Made by a program: the position numbers and the translations under genes. Positions 61,561 to 64,000 of a stretch of DNA of 64,000 nt are shown in pieces. A model generated the notes under the pieces. It ran no database searches, was not told the DNA's origin, and saw nothing but the letters and a program-made list of their open reading frames with translations. This DNA is from an uncultured Bacilli bacterium (GTDB lineage: Bacteria > Bacillota_I > Bacilli_A > RF39 > UBA660). The stretch spans positions 4,950 to 68,949 of the forward strand of contig CALVXO010000004.1 of NCBI GenBank assembly GCA_944371325.1, written 5' to 3'. Numbering within the stretch: position 1 is the first letter of the stretch; every line of letters starts with the position of its first letter.

Positions 61561-62646
61561 TTAATAATTCCATTTATATTGTTCTTTATATTTTGTTAAA
61601 AAAGTATAATCTTTCATATCATTTTGTAATCTACCAATAACAATACCCGGTAAAACATTTTGAGAAGAAGCAAAGTTTTTAATATCTATATATTTAATAT
61701 TTCCTTTTTGTAAAAACTCTTTATAATCATTCTCATTAATTAAAATATTTCGAGCAAAAGTATCTGCTTTTTTCTCTACTTCACTTTCAACAAAATTATA
61801 GTCAACATATTGATTTATAAAGTCTTCATTTACTAAATGCGCTATTTCATGGAATAAAGTAAACCAAAATATATCTGAAAATGATTGTCTAATTGTCATA
61901 CATAAAATAACTTTATTATCTTTTTTTTGAATAAATCCTTGAACAGGAGCTCCAGTAAAATGTTTAACTATTTCAAAAACTATTCCACAGTCTAAAAATA
62001 TTTCTTTTAATTTTTCCACCATTTGATCAATAGGTAAAAACATAGTTTTTTTAATATCATCATATTTTAATTTTAACTTTTCTTTATCAAAACTATTAAC
62101 AACTGAAACTTTTTCTGTAAGATGTTCACATATTTTTTTCCATGCATGAAGTACATATATATTAACTTTATTTTTCTTTGAACCTCTAAATGCCATTTGT
62201 TGAAACGGTAAAGAAGGAATTTTATTTAAATTTGTTACATTTAAAAATTTTCTTAAATTTAAAACAGTTATTTGTTTATTACTACTACATGGCATTATAT
62301 TATTTTTTTCACAATATTTAACTATATCTTTTAAATCATTAGAAATTTCTAATTCTATTGAACTAATATTATTTATGTTTTCTAATTCACAGACTTCTTT
62401 ATCATATATCCCTTGCAAATTTATCCAAAATTCAGTTGGTATATTTAAAGCATACTCTAAACTATTAGCAAAGCGAGATGAAATTGATTTTTTACCACTT
62501 ATAATCTCACTTACATGTTTAGCAGAATAACCCGTTCTAATTGCTAATTCCTCTTGTGTCATGTTTCTATCTTCAATAACTTCTTTTATTGTTTCTCCTG
62601 GATGTACAATTAAATCAAGGGATAAGCCATTCATTTTTCCCATCAT
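61561..62646 (-). CDS. higA: HigA-family antitoxin fused to an ImmA/IrrE metallopeptidase-like domain
   Basis: VHPGETIKE HTH, FWINLQ, FWFTLFHEIAH (HExxH), EKKADTFA. Confidence 0.85.
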   Translation of the reverse strand: MMGKMNGLSLDLIVHPGETIKEVIEDRNMTQEELAIRTGYSAKHVSEIISGKKSISSRFANSLEYALNIPTEFWINLQGIYDKEVCELENINNISSIELEISNDLKDIVKYCEKNNIMPCSSNKQITVLNLRKFLNVTNLNKIPSLPFQQMAFRGSKKNKVNIYVLHAWKKICEHLTEKVSVVNSFDKEKLKLKYDDIKKTMFLPIDQMVEKLKEIFLDCGIVFEIVKHFTGAPVQGFIQKKDNKVILCMTIRQSFSDIFWFTLFHEIAHLVNEDFINQYVDYNFVESEVEKKADTFARNILINENDYKEFLQKGNIKYIDIKNFASSQNVLPGIVIGRLQNDMKDYTFLTKYKEQYKWNY

Positions 62647-62962
62647 GATAATCCATCACTCCTTTTATATTTATTTCATTACAATTTTTTAGTGAATCAT
62701 CATCTAGTTTATCTGTAATTGGTTCTACAATTAGTCTATAATTTTTATTTAAACTTATTCCATAAAGTTTATCTAAATTTCCTACTAAAGGATGCGGTTT
62801 ACCAATACCATTATCAAGATATTGTTTAAAATTACTACATGCCTCTAGTTCATTAAATCTTTGCTTAAGTTTTCTTGCTAAATCTAAACCAATTTTTTTA
62901 ATAACCTTATTAGGATCATCTAATATTTTTTGTAATTGTTTATTATGCACATATAATTTCAA
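62615..62962 (-). CDS. higB: HigB/RelE-like toxin
   Basis: PHPLVGNL...ISLNKNYRLIVEP...DYH; toxin precedes antitoxin; probable TTG start. Confidence 0.8.
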   Translation of the reverse strand: MKLYVHNKQLQKILDDPNKVIKKIGLDLARKLKQRFNELEACSNFKQYLDNGIGKPHPLVGNLDKLYGISLNKNYRLIVEPITDKLDDDSLKNCNEINIKGVMDYHDGKNEWLIP

Positions 62963-62982
62963 ACCACATCCCCCTTTCATAA

Positions 62983-63033
62983 AAATTACCTAATAGGTAA
63001 TTTAATTATACATTAAATATTCAAATTAGTCAA
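62983..63033 (-). promoter_or_regulatory. higBA sigmaA promoter with palindromic operator
   Basis: Minus-strand TTGACT-N17-TATAAT (63033-63005), followed by the perfect palindrome aaattaccta-a-taggtaattt (62983-63003). Confidence 0.75.
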
Positions 63034-63064
63034 CAAAAAAACTTTATTAAAATTAACAAAGTTT

Positions 63065-64000
63065 TTACTCATCTTTAAATAATTTAACAATAATAGGTTT
63101 TAATAATTCAATTATAATAAATGATACTATATTAACTATAACAACAAATAATAATTGTGAAACAGTAATAACTTCTAAACCAAATAATTTACCAATTGGT
63201 GTAAAGAATACTAATAATTGAACAGCAAATAAACCTAATATACCTAAATTTAAATATTTATTACTAAATAGTCCCCTTTTATGAATTTGTTCTTTTAATG
63301 ATCGACAATTATAAGCAAAAACAAATTCATTAATAATTATACTAAATAAAGCTAATGTTTGGGCTATACCTTGGCCTAAATCAATAAAATGATAATAAAC
63401 ATATAAACTAATTAAAGTTTCTAATATTACAGAAATAATTAAAAATGCACTAAAAAATCTAGTAAATATTCTTTTATCTAATCCATTAGGTTTTCTTTTC
63501 ATCACATCTAAAGATGCACCTTCAAATGCTAAAGTTATAGAAGGAATTGTATCAGCTACTAAATCAATATATAAAACATGAATAGCTGATATGATAGTAT
63601 TACCGGTTAACATACCAAATATAATAATAGCTATTTCAGTAAAATTACTTGATAAATTATATAATATATTAGTAATTACATTATCATATATTCTTCTACC
63701 TTCTTCAACAGCAACAGTAATTGTATTAAAACTATCATCTAATAAAATAATATCAGATGTATCTTTAGTGACATCAGTTCCAGAAGCCCCCATACCAATA
63801 CCTACATTAGCTAGTTTAATAGCAGGAGCATCATTTACCCCATCACCTGTCATAGCAACTACTTTACCTATTTTTTGAAAAGCTTTAACAATTTGTAATT
63901 TGTTTTCAGGACTTACTCGCGCAAAAACAGAGTATTTTTTAATATATTCCACTAATTCTTTTTCATCTAAATCATTTAAACTAGAAGCATTAATACATTC
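63065..64000 (-). CDS. Cation-transporting P-type ATPase (3' part; 5' end lies beyond the window)
   Basis: [21 protein letters not shown]-terminal TMs; frame stays open toward the window edge. Confidence 0.9.
   Translation of the reverse strand, partial: ECINASSLNDLDEKELVEYIKKYSVFARVSPENKLQIVKAFQKIGKVVAMTGDGVNDAPAIKLANVGIGMGASGTDVTKDTSDIILLDDSFNTITVAVEEGRRIYDNVITNILYNLSSNFTEIAIIIFGMLTGNTIISAIHVLYIDLVADTIPSITLAFEGASLDVMKRKPNGLDKRIFTRFFSAFLIISVILETLISLYVYYHFIDLGQGIAQTLALFSIIINEFVFAYNCRSLKEQIHKRGLFSNKYLNLGILGLFAVQLLVFFTPIGKLFGLEVITVSQLLFVVIVNIVSFIIIELLKPIIVKLFKDE

Noticed and set aside
2066-63878. Short antisense/shadow ORFs in the track (e.g. 2066, 3137, 6110, 8749, 20599, 22226, 29219, 33525, 37805, 45091, 47975, 50805, 63591)
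   Set aside because: They overlap well-supported genes on the opposite strand and have no recognisable motifs.
1-64000. rRNA, tRNA or CRISPR-Cas loci
   Set aside because: No GC-rich structural RNA stretch, cloverleaf, cas gene or repeat array was seen by eye; a covariance-model scan would be needed to exclude small RNAs.

Overview
Very AT-rich Firmicute (Bacillota) chromosomal DNA. PolC, a ger operon and a coat gene suggest a reduced-genome, spore-forming, probably gut Bacilli lineage (inference). Backbone genes: putrescine carbamoyltransferase plus potABCD, a YtlA/C/D-like ABC system, uvsE, P-type ATPases, a gerK-type germination operon, trpS, polC, prmC, prfA, a phosphohexomutase, dgkA, hsp20 with CIRCE, and a bile salt hydrolase. 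Main find: a CotY/CotZ-family spore-coat gene is split in two (29289-29489 and 36635-36880) by a 7,145-bp element. The element encodes a large serine recombinase, a RepA-like helicase, an XRE regulator, a small candidate directionality factor and a membrane KAP NTPase. Recombination at the shared TGG (29487-29489 / 36632-36634) would restore an in-frame 148-aa protein, like skin/SPbeta-type developmental excision but at a coat-gene target I do not know of. Also notable: a truncated duplicate of the ytlC-like ATPase gene flanking a 5.5-kb cargo, an inverted-repeat-bracketed promoter segment, and a defence island (about 49.9-63.0 kb) with a fused double adenine MTase, HNH nuclease, large RecQ-like helicase, DUF6119-like protein and HigBA. 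No rRNA, tRNA or CRISPR array was recognised by eye.
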